Source: a virus (taxonomy: Duplodnaviria; Caudoviricetes). Taken from it: a stretch of DNA of 64,000 nucleotides. The notes under the pieces are model-generated. The model was given only the letters and a program-made list of their open reading frames with translations, did not search any database and was not told the DNA's origin. Each line of letters begins with the position of its first letter. Positions within the stretch are counted from its first letter, which is position 1. The DNA lies in the IMG/VR virus record IMGVR_UViG_3300035152_000033, positions 15,980 through 79,979 of that record. One strand, written 5' to 3'. Below are positions 1 to 9,919 of the stretch, piece after piece. A program made the translations under genes and the position numbers.

Positions 1-748
1 CAAAGAAAGAAATATTATAATCTCGTCTTGATATATCACCTTGAACAGCTCCCATAGCAGGAACTATATCAGGTACACCATAATAAGTACATCTAGGTGA
101 ATAATTTTCCCAGAATATAATCTCCGTAGCTCTATCCTCTGGCTTTAAAGTTCCTAAAGGAAATTCTTGACCAGTCTTACAATCTATATCCATAGGATAA
201 TTAATTTTTTTAAACCAAACATGTTCAGCTCCAACACGTTGCATATATTTATTACCAGTAATATGGACCCTAAAATTTATAGCAGGTAAATGATAAATCT
301 TAGCCAATTCCCCATCAGCTTTATGACTCTCACGTACTATCTCCAAAACACCATAACCTATAGACTCCCAATCTACACAAGCTCTATATAAACTTTTCGA
401 CAAAGATTCATCCATATCCTTTAAAATATTTTCTATATTTTCCTTCATAGTAGTAGACGCTTCATTTTCAGTCTGTTTTAACTCCCAACCTAAGCCCGCA
501 GTATCTTTAGCTTTAGTCTGACAACACCGCATATGATACACATTTAACTCTAATAAATATGATAAAGATAAGGGATTATATAAAGGTTCACTTAATTGAT
601 AAGTACTATAAGCATTTAAAAACACATCAGATAATATCTGTTTGCTCTCAGCTTCGTTACCTTTACCAGCAAATAAATTTAACTGTCTTTCACTAAAAGC
701 CTTACCACTTTTAGAAACATAACAAAAAGGTTTCTTAAATTTCTTCAT
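1..748 (-). CDS. Phage portal protein (3' end outside window)
   Basis: Open frame from ATG at 748 with RBS AAGGAGG. Translates MKKFKKPFCYVSK...EPLYNPLSLSYLLELNVYHMRCCQTKAKDTAGLGW...DWESIGYGVLEIVR...YYGVPDIVPA, resembling PBSX/SPO1-type portals. Lies directly downstream of TerL. Confidence 0.85.
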   Translation of the reverse strand, partial: MKKFKKPFCYVSKSGKAFSERQLNLFAGKGNEAESKQILSDVFLNAYSTYQLSEPLYNPLSLSYLLELNVYHMRCCQTKAKDTAGLGWELKQTENEASTTMKENIENILKDMDESLSKSLYRACVDWESIGYGVLEIVRESHKADGELAKIYHLPAINFRVHITGNKYMQRVGAEHVWFKKINYPMDIDCKTGQEFPLGTLKPEDRATEIIFWENYSPRCTYYGVPDIVPAMGAVQGDISRRDYNISFF

Positions 749-750
749 TT

Positions 751-2265
751 TTACCTCCTTCCCCTAACTCTAACTTTAGCTCTCTTATTTCTTTTCTCAG
801 GAACTACATTACCAAAAGCTAATAACCATGCGTCTCCTCTATCAGGAGACTTACCCAATCGATCAGCTTTCCGTAAATCTTCCTTTGACTCAATTTTTGT
901 CTGACCCTTAGAAGTCATAGTATACTCAGGAGCCGATAATTCTTTTAATCCTTCCGAGGAAATATTCTTAGTAGATATTTCTCTCTTTTGTACTCGTACT
1001 CTAAATTGCCACCATAAATTATCTCTTAAAGTTACAAATCTTAATCTATCCTTTTTTAACTCTTTAGTTTTTAAATCCTTACTAGCCATAGCGACATTAA
1101 CACCAATAATCTCGATATGTTGAGGAAATTCTCCTTCTTCTTGTAGCTCCAACAATCTATCCACAGGACCTGCACCTAAACCAATAACATCTAACTTAAT
1201 TTTACTGACCCTATGAGGACCTAAAAAAGATATCTCCTCTCTTATAGCTCCTACTACAGCCATAGTGGACTTATGATATAACACTCTTTCATATAATGGC
1301 TGTCTGCCTGCCCTAAAAGCTAATACAGACTCATCCGTTCCATATCTGGCTATATCAACTCCAACCTCAATCTCTGAATACATTTCATCTTGAGCAAAAT
1401 ACAAATCCCTACACTCATCTAAATCAGCTATAGGAATAACTTTATCAGTTTGGTCACTACTAGGAAAATCAGCATCAATTTTAATTTTTACTAAAACGGA
1501 CTCTGATCCCCAAGTCTGAAACCTTTCAGCTACCCATTGAGGAGTAACTAAATAAGGTCTGGGCATCTTCTTATCCCCAACTTTTTCTTGCCAGGCCCCA
1601 GTTAAAATATCCTCTCTAGTTATACCAAAATAAACAAAATTAGGTGTGTCAAAAGCTGATATTTTAAATTTAGCATATAAATCATTAGTAAAAGATTCTC
1701 TAAATCTTCCCTCAGCTCTAGTTGGATTTCCTACAAGTAACATGTGAGCATTACCAGAAGACATTAATCCTTCTAAAGCATCAAATATAGGGTCGGGAAC
1801 TCCACTAGCTTCATCAACAATAATTAAAATATTATCAGAATGATATCCCGTAACCCTCTCTATATTAAACTCAGAAGTAGCAAACCCTTCGGCATACCAC
1901 CCAGGCTTTAATTCTAATCTAGTTTTTAAAGGGTCTCCCCCTAAAGGCCTAATCTTACTGCCTCTTCCATGAGCTTCTCTTATCTCTGACCATAATAAAG
2001 AATAAACTTGTCTCCCAGTAGGAGCCGTAGTTATAACTTTAGAAGGTTTATGCGTATATAAGAACCATAATACAGTATTTCCAGATAAAAAAGTTTTACC
2101 AGGACCATGACAGGCCCTAACAGTAGTATATCTTTTGTCTTTAACAGAATTTATTATATCAATTTGTTTCTGCCACAACTCAGCCCCAAGCATATTCTTA
2201 ATAAACCAATCAGGCTTTTCCTTGCTTTTACTCAACAACTGCCTTGCGGTATCTTTACTAATCAT
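751..2265 (-). CDS. terL: Terminase large subunit
   Basis: Walker A-like ACHGPGKT, Walker B IIVDEA, coupling motif GNPT, RNase H-like nuclease motifs GVDIARYGTD and SPDRGDA. Confidence 0.93.
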   Translation of the reverse strand: MISKDTARQLLSKSKEKPDWFIKNMLGAELWQKQIDIINSVKDKRYTTVRACHGPGKTFLSGNTVLWFLYTHKPSKVITTAPTGRQVYSLLWSEIREAHGRGSKIRPLGGDPLKTRLELKPGWYAEGFATSEFNIERVTGYHSDNILIIVDEASGVPDPIFDALEGLMSSGNAHMLLVGNPTRAEGRFRESFTNDLYAKFKISAFDTPNFVYFGITREDILTGAWQEKVGDKKMPRPYLVTPQWVAERFQTWGSESVLVKIKIDADFPSSDQTDKVIPIADLDECRDLYFAQDEMYSEIEVGVDIARYGTDESVLAFRAGRQPLYERVLYHKSTMAVVGAIREEISFLGPHRVSKIKLDVIGLGAGPVDRLLELQEEGEFPQHIEIIGVNVAMASKDLKTKELKKDRLRFVTLRDNLWWQFRVRVQKREISTKNISSEGLKELSAPEYTMTSKGQTKIESKEDLRKADRLGKSPDRGDAWLLAFGNVVPEKRNKRAKVRVRGRR

Positions 2266-2755
2266 CTTCTATCACATCAAATAAGTCCAACCAAGTCTCA
2301 ATATTAGATTGAGCAGCACTAGTATTTTCACCTAAAGCAAGTCTGCCTATCTTTTGAAATTTATCTGTACACCTTGCCAAAGCCTCTAAACTATCTAAAG
2401 ACATAGTCTTTCCAGTTTCATTATATTTAAATTTAGCTTGTCTAAAATAATGCTCAACATGTTCTAATCCATCCTTAGCGACATTTAAAACTCTCAAATC
2501 AAAATTCGCCGCCTCCTCAGCTAGAGACTCAATGCGTTTTTCTCTCTTACGTTTTTCTACATTATCTAAATATAATTTCTTCTCAGTTTTCCAGTTCTCC
2601 TCTTTTATTCTTACACTTAAAGCCTGAGGAGAAATTTCAAATCTTTTGGCTAAATCTACATTAGAGCTATAAATTATTTTTCCTTCCTTATCAAGCTCAC
2701 CCATAACATACAAATCTTTAATTTCAATCCAATTAACACCATTATTAGTAGGCAT
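2258..2755 (-). CDS. Probable terminase small subunit
   Basis: N-terminal HTH (DLAKRFEISPQALSVRIKEENW), helical body, overlaps the TerL start by 8 bp. Confidence 0.7.
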   Translation of the reverse strand: MPTNNGVNWIEIKDLYVMGELDKEGKIIYSSNVDLAKRFEISPQALSVRIKEENWKTEKKLYLDNVEKRKREKRIESLAEEAANFDLRVLNVAKDGLEHVEHYFRQAKFKYNETGKTMSLDSLEALARCTDKFQKIGRLALGENTSAAQSNIETWLDLFDVIEDD

Positions 2756-2780
2756 TTAAGACACCCCCTTTTATAGCTCA

Positions 2781-2809
2781 AGTTTAGCACACCACCTAAG
2801 TAAAGTCAA
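2781..2809 (-). promoter_or_regulatory. sigma70-type promoter for the terminase/portal operon
   Basis: TTGACT-N17-TAAACT with extended TG, just upstream of the terS RBS. Confidence 0.55.
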
Positions 2810-2814
2810 GGTAC

Positions 2815-2914
2815 ATAACAATAGAGAGTACTATTAAAGCACTCTCTATTTTGAGTAGAAGTTGTCTTATCAGATTTCTATATATACACTATTGTAGTGA
2901 GCTTAGCAGTTATC
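2815..2914 (-). ncRNA. Candidate sRNA, about 100 nt
   Basis: TTGACA-N17-TATGTT at 2921-2949, no ORF, ends in a 12-bp hairpin at 2820-2850. Confidence 0.4.
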
Positions 2915-2945
2915 TTTTACAACATAACATAATTTACAAAAACTG

Positions 2946-3290
2946 TCAAGCTCCTGAAGGTATTTGATAAGCCATTACATAACTCCCAGCCGTACAAGAC
3001 ACCTCCGTAAATCTACCCGCCAACATCTGACCTTTATTTAATACCTGAGAAGCCACAGAACTATTACCAGTTACCGTAATATTAGAATCCTCAACAGCAT
3101 ACACCACACAAAACTTATATCCACTATCAGGAGTCATATTACTTGCAGGATTCACCAATCTTTTAAAACCATAATAACCAGACATAGCTCTTTCAATAAC
3201 CAACTTATTATAGCCAATAATATTTAAGGCTCTGATATCTTTTAAATCTTCCTCACTCAAACTAATAACACTGTTATCAAAATTAAGCAT
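2946..3290 (-). CDS. Hypothetical protein, possibly virion-associated
   Basis: 114-aa ORF adjacent to the LamG-like gene; beta-rich C-terminus. Confidence 0.5.
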   Translation of the reverse strand: MLNFDNSVISLSEEDLKDIRALNIIGYNKLVIERAMSGYYGFKRLVNPASNMTPDSGYKFCVVYAVEDSNITVTGNSSVASQVLNKGQMLAGRFTEVSCTAGSYVMAYQIPSGA

Positions 3291-4148
3291 TTAAACACCT
3301 CCATTTTTTAAATCTGTATACTTACTATAAACATCTGCATTAAAAACATAAACACTTTTTATATGCCCATTAAAATAAGTAGAATGACTAGTAGGATTTT
3401 TTCTGCCTCCTATAGAAACATTATCAACATTAACCAGAGTAGCATCAAACAAAGCACTTGATTCACTACCATTAGCATTTAATTTTAACCCATCAGCCAC
3501 AAGAGTATCCCAAAAAATCATATCTTGACTAGGCTCCCCATTAGCGGCAATAAGTCTCTCATTCCCATGCCACCAAGCACTAACACTAGTACCATCATTT
3601 AAAATAGAATATTGTGCATCATCAGAACCAACACCATTTTTACAAAACACAAAGCCTACATGAGAGCTGGCCCTTTTATAATTTGCATATAAAACTAATT
3701 TAGGAGCTATTATATCTAAAGCTGAATAATTATCTATCACTAATACATCATCAGTACCATCATATAATAAACCCTCAGTGACAATAGCACCAGCATTCAC
3801 AATTTTAGGCATATAATTAAAATCTTCTTGATAAGCGTATTTACTGTTATCATTTTGCAAATAAACCCTTTTAATAAATGTATCGACTCCACCACACCAG
3901 GATAAAATAGAAGCCGTATCTAATACCCCATTCTTAAAAGTAAATTCTTCCTCAGCTAAATCCCCTGACCTTACACACCTAATAATAGGTCCTGTAAAAC
4001 TACTTACAACCTGAGTATAAGGATTAAAAATTAATATAGCATTCTCACTAATACCTAAAACATCAAATAATAAAGGTATCACTGCATTTTCAAGTAAAGT
4101 ATAAGTTGAACTAAAACCTAAACCAAAGCCTAAACGTCTCACACTCAA
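3291..4148 (-). CDS. LamG/concanavalin-like domain protein, possibly virion decoration or receptor binding
   Basis: Motifs LLYDGTDDVL and SIGGR...YFNGHIKSVYVFN typical of LamG-like jelly rolls. Confidence 0.6.
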   Translation of the reverse strand: MSVRRLGFGLGFSSTYTLLENAVIPLLFDVLGISENAILIFNPYTQVVSSFTGPIIRCVRSGDLAEEEFTFKNGVLDTASILSWCGGVDTFIKRVYLQNDNSKYAYQEDFNYMPKIVNAGAIVTEGLLYDGTDDVLVIDNYSALDIIAPKLVLYANYKRASSHVGFVFCKNGVGSDDAQYSILNDGTSVSAWWHGNERLIAANGEPSQDMIFWDTLVADGLKLNANGSESSALFDATLVNVDNVSIGGRKNPTSHSTYFNGHIKSVYVFNADVYSKYTDLKNGGV

Positions 4149-4197
4149 ATCACCACCTAACTATATTGTATAGTATATCATAAAAAGACAAAAAAAC

Positions 4198-4224
4198 AGG
4201 ATTAGGGAACACAACCCTAATCCT
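4198..4224 (-). terminator. Intrinsic terminator
   Basis: AGGATTAGGG-loop-CCCTAATCCT followed by GTTTTTTT. Confidence 0.75.
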
Positions 4225-4683
4225 TATCAAAACCAACCATTACCCACTCTTTTTCATCTATCTCACATCTTTTTACTTTAGCATGATATTCACTAGCACT
4301 AAGCTCCTCCCTAGTGAATATATTCCGATAAAACATTAACTACACCACCTTATTTAAAAATCTTTTATCCTCAGTACATCTAAATCCTAAAAACTTCTCT
4401 AAAAGATAAATACTTTCAGCATTTTCCCGAGAAATATGATCAGCTATAGCATATAAAAACCAAAACATTTCTCTAAACTCCTGAAAATCCTCCATATCCA
4501 TAACAGCATAAGGACATATACCACAATCCTCATTAATACGATTAATTTTTTTATAAGCAATTACACCTAATTTAGCCATTTACTCCTCCTCTTCATCCTG
4601 AACACAGCCATTAAAATATGTACATTCTACCTGTTGAGTAGCTGCGTTAATCCGACCCCAAGGACATGATCTACAATTTCTCA

Positions 4684-5223
4684 TCAATTACACCTCGCAT
4701 TATAAACCTCATCTAATAAGGTATTCTTAGTGTCTTTTAAACTATGCAATACTTCTTTTTTATTAGGTAGTTTATCAATAATAGGTTTATATTGATTCAA
4801 ATAAGCGATCTTCTCATCATTTGATAAACTACTAAACTCTTCACGAGTTAAAGGTTTTAATTTTTTATTTTTCTCAACTTCAATATCCCTATATTGAGAA
4901 AATTCTTTCTCAAAAACAATACTCTTATCCTCCTCAGCTTCCTCAACAACTTCCTTTACAATCGAGGGAATATGAGGAGTTAAATCCATTTCCGTAGGAG
5001 CCTCAGTTGGATCACTGGGAACCATATTAAATCTCGTCATTAATCCATAAGTTAATATATCTATAGACTCCAACCTTTTTTTATTTTTATTTAAAGAAAT
5101 ACTTAACTTTCTAACATCTCTCACCATACTTTTTAGATGTTTATAAACCAACAAAAACAAAACACCTAAAGTAATAACTACTCCTACTATAAACATTCCC
5201 GCCGCCAATAAGATATTAAACAT
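4684..5223 (-). CDS. Membrane-anchored hypothetical protein
   Basis: N-terminal transmembrane helix followed by a charged domain. Confidence 0.6.
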   Translation of the reverse strand: MFNILLAAGMFIVGVVITLGVLFLLVYKHLKSMVRDVRKLSISLNKNKKRLESIDILTYGLMTRFNMVPSDPTEAPTEMDLTPHIPSIVKEVVEEAEEDKSIVFEKEFSQYRDIEVEKNKKLKPLTREEFSSLSNDEKIAYLNQYKPIIDKLPNKKEVLHSLKDTKNTLLDEVYNARCN

Positions 5224-5243
5224 AATATAATCCTCCCTTTAAT

Positions 5244-5666
5244 TTAATGGCCCAGGACCTCGATATCAACATCAAAGTCCACAACCCCACTATCAAAGCT
5301 TACAGCTTCAAATTTCCAAGTAACACCTTTTTTAAGTCTTCCTGAATAAGCTGCAGCCTCACCAATTTTATTTTTATCCTTATCATACAAGGATACTATT
5401 ACTTCTATACCTTTAATATTTACATCAGAAGTATTTTTTATAAGCCCTGTTATATTATAACCATTATCGGTCTCAGTCATAACTAAATCATTAACACTTA
5501 AGGAATCCTCTATAGGCTCTAACCCCACATTAATATCTTGCTTCTCAGCATCTACATTACCTAAAGCATCCAAATCAACAAGTAAACTAATAAAACCATG
5601 TAGAGCCAGAGCAATTAAACCCAAAAGCAATACTACTATACAACCACCCATTAATAGTCTTTTCAT
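5244..5666 (-). CDS. Membrane-anchored Ig-like (FxLYD-type) protein
   Basis: N-terminal TM; ITGLIKNTS...VIVSLYDKDKNKIG...LKKGVTWKF matches the FxLYD pattern. Confidence 0.7.
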   Translation of the reverse strand: MKRLLMGGCIVVLLLGLIALALHGFISLLVDLDALGNVDAEKQDINVGLEPIEDSLSVNDLVMTETDNGYNITGLIKNTSDVNIKGIEVIVSLYDKDKNKIGEAAAYSGRLKKGVTWKFEAVSFDSGVVDFDVDIEVLGH

Positions 5667-5675
5667 AAGGCCCTC

Positions 5676-6221
5676 CTATTCAATAACAATATTATTAATT
5701 CTTATCTTTTCATAATTTAAAAGAAACACCAAATTAAATTTATTCGCTTTAACACCAGTAAAAATTATTTTAGTATTTTTACTAACACTATTTTCGATTT
5801 CATCTATTAGATTACCATTATTAATATCCCAAGTTAAATCCCAGTTGACTTCATACTGTTCATTATCGGCCACAATCTGAGTTAACGTATCAGTAGCAGT
5901 AACAACACCACCAGAATTATTATCATAAGTAATACTAATTTCTAATAAATTATCTTGCCTTTTAATACTATTAACAGTTACTTTTAAACCTTCTATACCA
6001 GTTTTAATACCAAAAGGAGCTTTAATTTCCTTAGCTTCCTCTTTTTTCTTAGACCCAGCACTAACTTTATTAGTTTTAGACTCATCAGTTGTCACCGCCG
6101 TAGCTTCCTCCACATTATCACTAGTATAATCCAATAAAGAAAGCACAAAAACACAACCACCTAAACCTAACACAAATACAACACATATAACACTTAAAAC
6201 TATAACCTTTGATTTTTTCAT
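5676..6221 (-). CDS. Membrane-anchored Ig-like protein (DUF4352-like)
   Basis: N-terminal TM, low-complexity linker, LKVTVNSI...ITYDNNS beta-sandwich. Confidence 0.55.
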   Translation of the reverse strand: MKKSKVIVLSVICVVFVLGLGGCVFVLSLLDYTSDNVEEATAVTTDESKTNKVSAGSKKKEEAKEIKAPFGIKTGIEGLKVTVNSIKRQDNLLEISITYDNNSGGVVTATDTLTQIVADNEQYEVNWDLTWDINNGNLIDEIENSVSKNTKIIFTGVKANKFNLVFLLNYEKIRINNIVIE

Positions 6222-6234
6222 TTAATCATTCCTC

Positions 6235-6969
6235 CTACTTTTCTATAAGTTTTACACTGACACTATCTAACTGTAAAGTAGCCCCAGCATTCAATTTAGC
6301 ATTCTTATAATCACTGATATAAAAGCCATCTGAAACAGTACTCATTATTAAATTAACACTATCACCCCAACCATTATCATGAGCTATAACATTACCACTA
6401 CCAGACGAACAAACTATATCATAAGTACCAGCTTTAATATCAGACCCAACAACATAACGCCCAGGACCAAAATTATAAGTCTTTTTAACTACAGGTTTCT
6501 TAGTAGGTTTAGGAGTAGGTTTCTTAGTGGGCTTCTCAGTAGGTTTAGGAGTAGCTTTTTCAGTTTCCTTAACAACTACCTTTTTATCATCTTTCTCAGC
6601 CTCTAATTTATCCACTTTAGATTGATACTCAGAAACTTTATTCTCATAATCATTAAACTTATCCTCTAACTTTTCATACTTCCCTAAAGTTTCTTTATAC
6701 TTTGCTTTATAATCAGTACCTAAACCTAGCAAATCACCAAAACTAAAATTGGCAAGCAATAAAGCAGCCAAACCAACTAAACAAGCTTTCCACCATACAA
6801 ATTTAAGTCTTTTATTGCTTTCAAGCCCTACAAGTAACCAAGGTACCACACTTAAAATCAAAGCATCCACCCAAAAATTACCCGTTACATTAAACAATCT
6901 AGTCTCCGCTACCTGCAACTCAGCAAAAGTCTCTACATTTTCATCATATCTATTATTTCTATCATCCAT
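6235..6969 (-). CDS. Membrane protein with coiled coil, Pro/Thr/Lys linker and extracellular beta domain
   Basis: Two TM segments, KPTEKPTKKPTPKPTKKP linker, GPGRYVVGSDIKAGTY motif. Confidence 0.65.
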   Translation of the reverse strand: MDDRNNRYDENVETFAELQVAETRLFNVTGNFWVDALILSVVPWLLVGLESNKRLKFVWWKACLVGLAALLLANFSFGDLLGLGTDYKAKYKETLGKYEKLEDKFNDYENKVSEYQSKVDKLEAEKDDKKVVVKETEKATPKPTEKPTKKPTPKPTKKPVVKKTYNFGPGRYVVGSDIKAGTYDIVCSSGSGNVIAHDNGWGDSVNLIMSTVSDGFYISDYKNAKLNAGATLQLDSVSVKLIEK

Positions 6970-7000
6970 TTTAATCTTCCTCCTAAAAGTTTATTTAATA

Positions 7001-7033
7001 CTTATACCTAAAAAATAATGAAATATTAAGTTA
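7001..7033 (-). promoter_or_regulatory. Class II promoter (one of 14)
   Basis: TAACT-N22-TATAAG with GG before the -10. Confidence 0.55.
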
Positions 7034-7094
7034 TCATTTTAAATTTTCCTCAAATAAAAATAACAGGATATAAAAATACACCCTGTCACTCTCC

Positions 7095-7301
7095 TTATTT
7101 CTTTATCTGAATAACTTCCGACACTCTTTGATATTTTTTACGCAAAATAAAACCACTTATACTAATTAATATAATGGATAAACATATTAATACAGGTATA
7201 AATGGATTACCGTTATGATGTATTGTTTTATACACATCTCTTAAAAATATTATAAGTATAAGACCTAAAACAACACTTAGTATAATACTTAATACTTTCA
7301 T
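7095..7301 (-). CDS. Small two-TM membrane protein
   Basis: 68 aa, two hydrophobic helices, basic C-terminus, RBS AGGAGG. Confidence 0.6.
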   Translation of the reverse strand: MKVLSIILSVVLGLILIIFLRDVYKTIHHNGNPFIPVLICLSIILISISGFILRKKYQRVSEVIQIKK

Positions 7302-7321
7302 AATAACCTCCTAAAGGCATA

Positions 7322-7435
7322 ATAATGGAGCCAATAGATGAGGATATTGGCCCCTATAAGATAAATTAATTTAAAGGAGAATCACTTTTCCAATGACTCT
7401 TCACCTCATCACTTAAGTACTTTATTTTGAATCTG
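7322..7435 (-). ncRNA. Candidate antisense sRNA or leader, complementary to class I leaders and RBS
   Basis: Driven by the promoter at 7442-7470. Contains TCTCCTTTAAATTAATTTATCTTAT between two hairpins; this is the reverse complement of ATAAGATAAA...AAGGAGA. Confidence 0.6.
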
Positions 7436-7441
7436 TGCCTA

Positions 7442-7470
7442 ATTATATCCCTAAATGATACATATGTCAA
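7442..7470 (-). promoter_or_regulatory. Class I promoter
   Basis: TTGACATATGTATCATTTAGGGA-TATAAT: consensus hexamers, 17-bp spacer. Confidence 0.85.
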
Positions 7471-7805
7471 GGCTTAAGTTTAAACCTTTCAGACAAAGGA
7501 TCATACTCAGCACCAGAAGTAATGCTCATAACAATAATCTTTTTATAAGACAAACCTTTTTTAACTAACCATTTAACATCAGGCCCATAAACATTACCAT
7601 AAATACTCTCATTTTTAGGCTTAACTCTTTCCAACAAAGCAACAGATTTTATAGCCTGATATTTTTTACAGACTTTTCTTTTAGTTTTCCATAAAATAAT
7701 AGCCATGTCTTTCTCACTAAACTTAAAATCAAGTAACAACTTATACAAATCATCAATCTTTTCTATCTCAGCTTCCCTTTCTTCTACGGCCTTATTAATT
7801 TTCAA
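7467..7805 (-). CDS. Hypothetical protein
   Basis: 112-aa ORF with RBS GGAGGAG, downstream of dnaX. Confidence 0.55.
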   Translation of the reverse strand: MKINKAVEEREAEIEKIDDLYKLLLDFKFSEKDMAIILWKTKRKVCKKYQAIKSVALLERVKPKNESIYGNVYGPDVKWLVKKGLSYKKIIVMSITSGAEYDPLSERFKLKP

Positions 7806-7816
7806 AATAACTCCTC

Positions 7817-8947
7817 CTAACTATTAAAAAAGCTTGCTACAGCTTCTTTACTTGTGAAATGGGCTGGCTTTTCTACTTCTCCTACCATTGGATTAAGCAC
7901 ATAACTTAATCTCAAATAAACAATACCTAAAGATACTTTATCCCCAGACACTTTTACTTTTCCTTTATACTCCCACAATACATTTAACATATTAAAGATA
8001 AGTTTAGGAGTTAATTTCTCTGCCAACTCCATATAATTCTCATAACCTTTAACATTATTCTTAGCTAATAAAATATTTTTTAAAGTCTCCATAAAAGAAT
8101 CTACAATCCTCACAACAGAATTAGCCCGATCAAATACCTCCTCTAATAAAACCATACCCTCTGCCAACTTATTATTAATTAAACAATTAATAAGTTCAAA
8201 ATAAAAAGATTTATCTATGATTCCAAAGAAATCTTTAAACACCTGAGATGTTATATGATTAGAAATATATTGAAGTTGATCTAGACACATAACAGCGTCA
8301 CGCATACCACCCTTAACATAATTGGCTATAGCCTGAGCAGCATCCTTATCTAACTTAATCTTCTCAGCTTCCGCAATAAAAAAGAGCCTATCCATAATAT
8401 CCTTAACAGAAATCCTCTTATATTCAAAAACTAATAATCTTGATTTAATAGTCTCAGGTACTTTATGGCTCTCAGTAGTAGCCATAATAAATATAGTATT
8501 GCTTGGTGGTTCTTCTAATATCTTTAATAATGCCTGGAATCCCTGAATAGAACACCCATGCACTTCATCTATTACTATAACTCTATACTCTCCATTATGA
8601 GAAGTCATAGCCACATCTTTTAACTTTCTGATATCATCCACTAAACCATTAGAAGCGGCATCTATTTCCAAAACTGAGGTATCATTAGCCTTAGAAATAG
8701 CTAAACAAGAAGGACATTTCCCACAACTTTTAACACCTTTTCGATCAGAGCAATTTAAAACCCTTGCTATTATTCTTGCACTAGTAGTCTTTCCTATTCC
8801 TCGAGACCCACAGAACAATAAACCTGCAGGTAAAGCAGCCCCCTTAAAATGTTTATCTAAAATAGCTTCCAAAATCTTAATAATATGTTCTTGACCAACC
8901 ATATCAGATAAATTTAAAGGCCTATATTTTAATGCCAACTTTTCCAT
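7817..8947 (-). CDS. dnaX: DNA polymerase III clamp-loader gamma/tau subunit
   Basis: LALKYRP, GSRGIGKTT, zinc module LNC...CGKCPSC, EIDAAS, IDEVH, ALLKILEEPP, GGMRDA. Confidence 0.95.
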   Translation of the reverse strand: MEKLALKYRPLNLSDMVGQEHIIKILEAILDKHFKGAALPAGLLFCGSRGIGKTTSARIIARVLNCSDRKGVKSCGKCPSCLAISKANDTSVLEIDAASNGLVDDIRKLKDVAMTSHNGEYRVIVIDEVHGCSIQGFQALLKILEEPPSNTIFIMATTESHKVPETIKSRLLVFEYKRISVKDIMDRLFFIAEAEKIKLDKDAAQAIANYVKGGMRDAVMCLDQLQYISNHITSQVFKDFFGIIDKSFYFELINCLINNKLAEGMVLLEEVFDRANSVVRIVDSFMETLKNILLAKNNVKGYENYMELAEKLTPKLIFNMLNVLWEYKGKVKVSGDKVSLGIVYLRLSYVLNPMVGEVEKPAHFTSKEAVASFFNS

Positions 8948-9529
8948 ACTAAACCCCCTTAACTTTTTCTCCTACCCATAATAAATCCTCAGAAGATAAC
9001 AACCTATTTTTAGTACCACCACATATAGGACATAAATAAACTAAATGCATGGACCATTTAGAAACTTGCACATTATAATTAGTTGTCATTTCAACAGGTT
9101 CCTTATGAAATAAACCTGTTTTATTACAATGTGAGTCTAAATAATTACATAATACAACCTCTTCCATAATAACCTCCTTACTTATCCATCATCTTTTTTA
9201 ACACCCCAAACACTTGAAAAGCTTCCATATAAAAATTATCACTAACAGCAAACATTTTTTTAAGAGTCTCCTTTAATCGATCAGGATCATGATTAGCAAT
9301 GGCTTCGCTCAACTCATCAAAACCCTCAATAAAAAATCCCTGTTCTCTAAATAACTCGTCAATTTCAAATTTAAGTACACCAAAAAACTGGAACTCATCA
9401 ACAAACTTATCATGTAAAGCTATTCCCAATTGAGTCATTTCCTCAATCATATCATTTATTACTTTTAATCCTTCCTCAGACCACTGCACCTTTTCTATAC
9501 TATCGTTATACTTAAAATATTTCATAGCC

Positions 9530-9832
9530 TCATCTCCTATTTAATTTACTTAAAATTTCTTTCCTAGCTTCCTTATTTTCCATAGCTAACATATAATATT
9601 TTTTAAAATCTGTAGTGCCTCTTTTGAATTTAAAGGCTTTGGCCATATTAGCCTGCATCTCCTTATCTAATTTCAAAGATGCCTCATTCTCAAATGACAC
9701 ATGATAAAGTTTTTTACAATGGTCACACTGTATAAAACGCTCTGTCAAACCACCATTAATTTTTTTCTCTTCAAACCTATCAGCTTTAAAATCTTTTTTA
9801 CACACATCACACACATACATTCCATTATCCAT
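9530..9832 (-). CDS. Zinc-ribbon hypothetical protein
   Basis: CDVC...CDHC; likely start MDNG after RBS GGAGG. Confidence 0.55.
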   Translation of the reverse strand: MDNGMYVCDVCKKDFKADRFEEKKINGGLTERFIQCDHCKKLYHVSFENEASLKLDKEMQANMAKAFKFKRGTTDFKKYYMLAMENKEARKEILSKLNRR

Positions 9833-9857
9833 ATATAAACTACCTCCCATCAAAAGT

Positions 9858-9890
9858 ATTATACCTATAAAATAGTAAAATTTAATGTTA
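9858..9890 (-). promoter_or_regulatory. Class II promoter (dnaX operon)
   Basis: TAACA-N22-TATAAT with AGG before the -10. Confidence 0.7.
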
Positions 9891-9919
9891 CAAACAAAAA
9901 AAGAAGCAAAAAGCTCCTT

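Noticed and set aside
7393-7415. Hammerhead ribozyme (TGATGAG...GAAA) in the 7.4-kb RNA
   Set aside because: Lacks the CUGAUGA core and the required stem arrangement.
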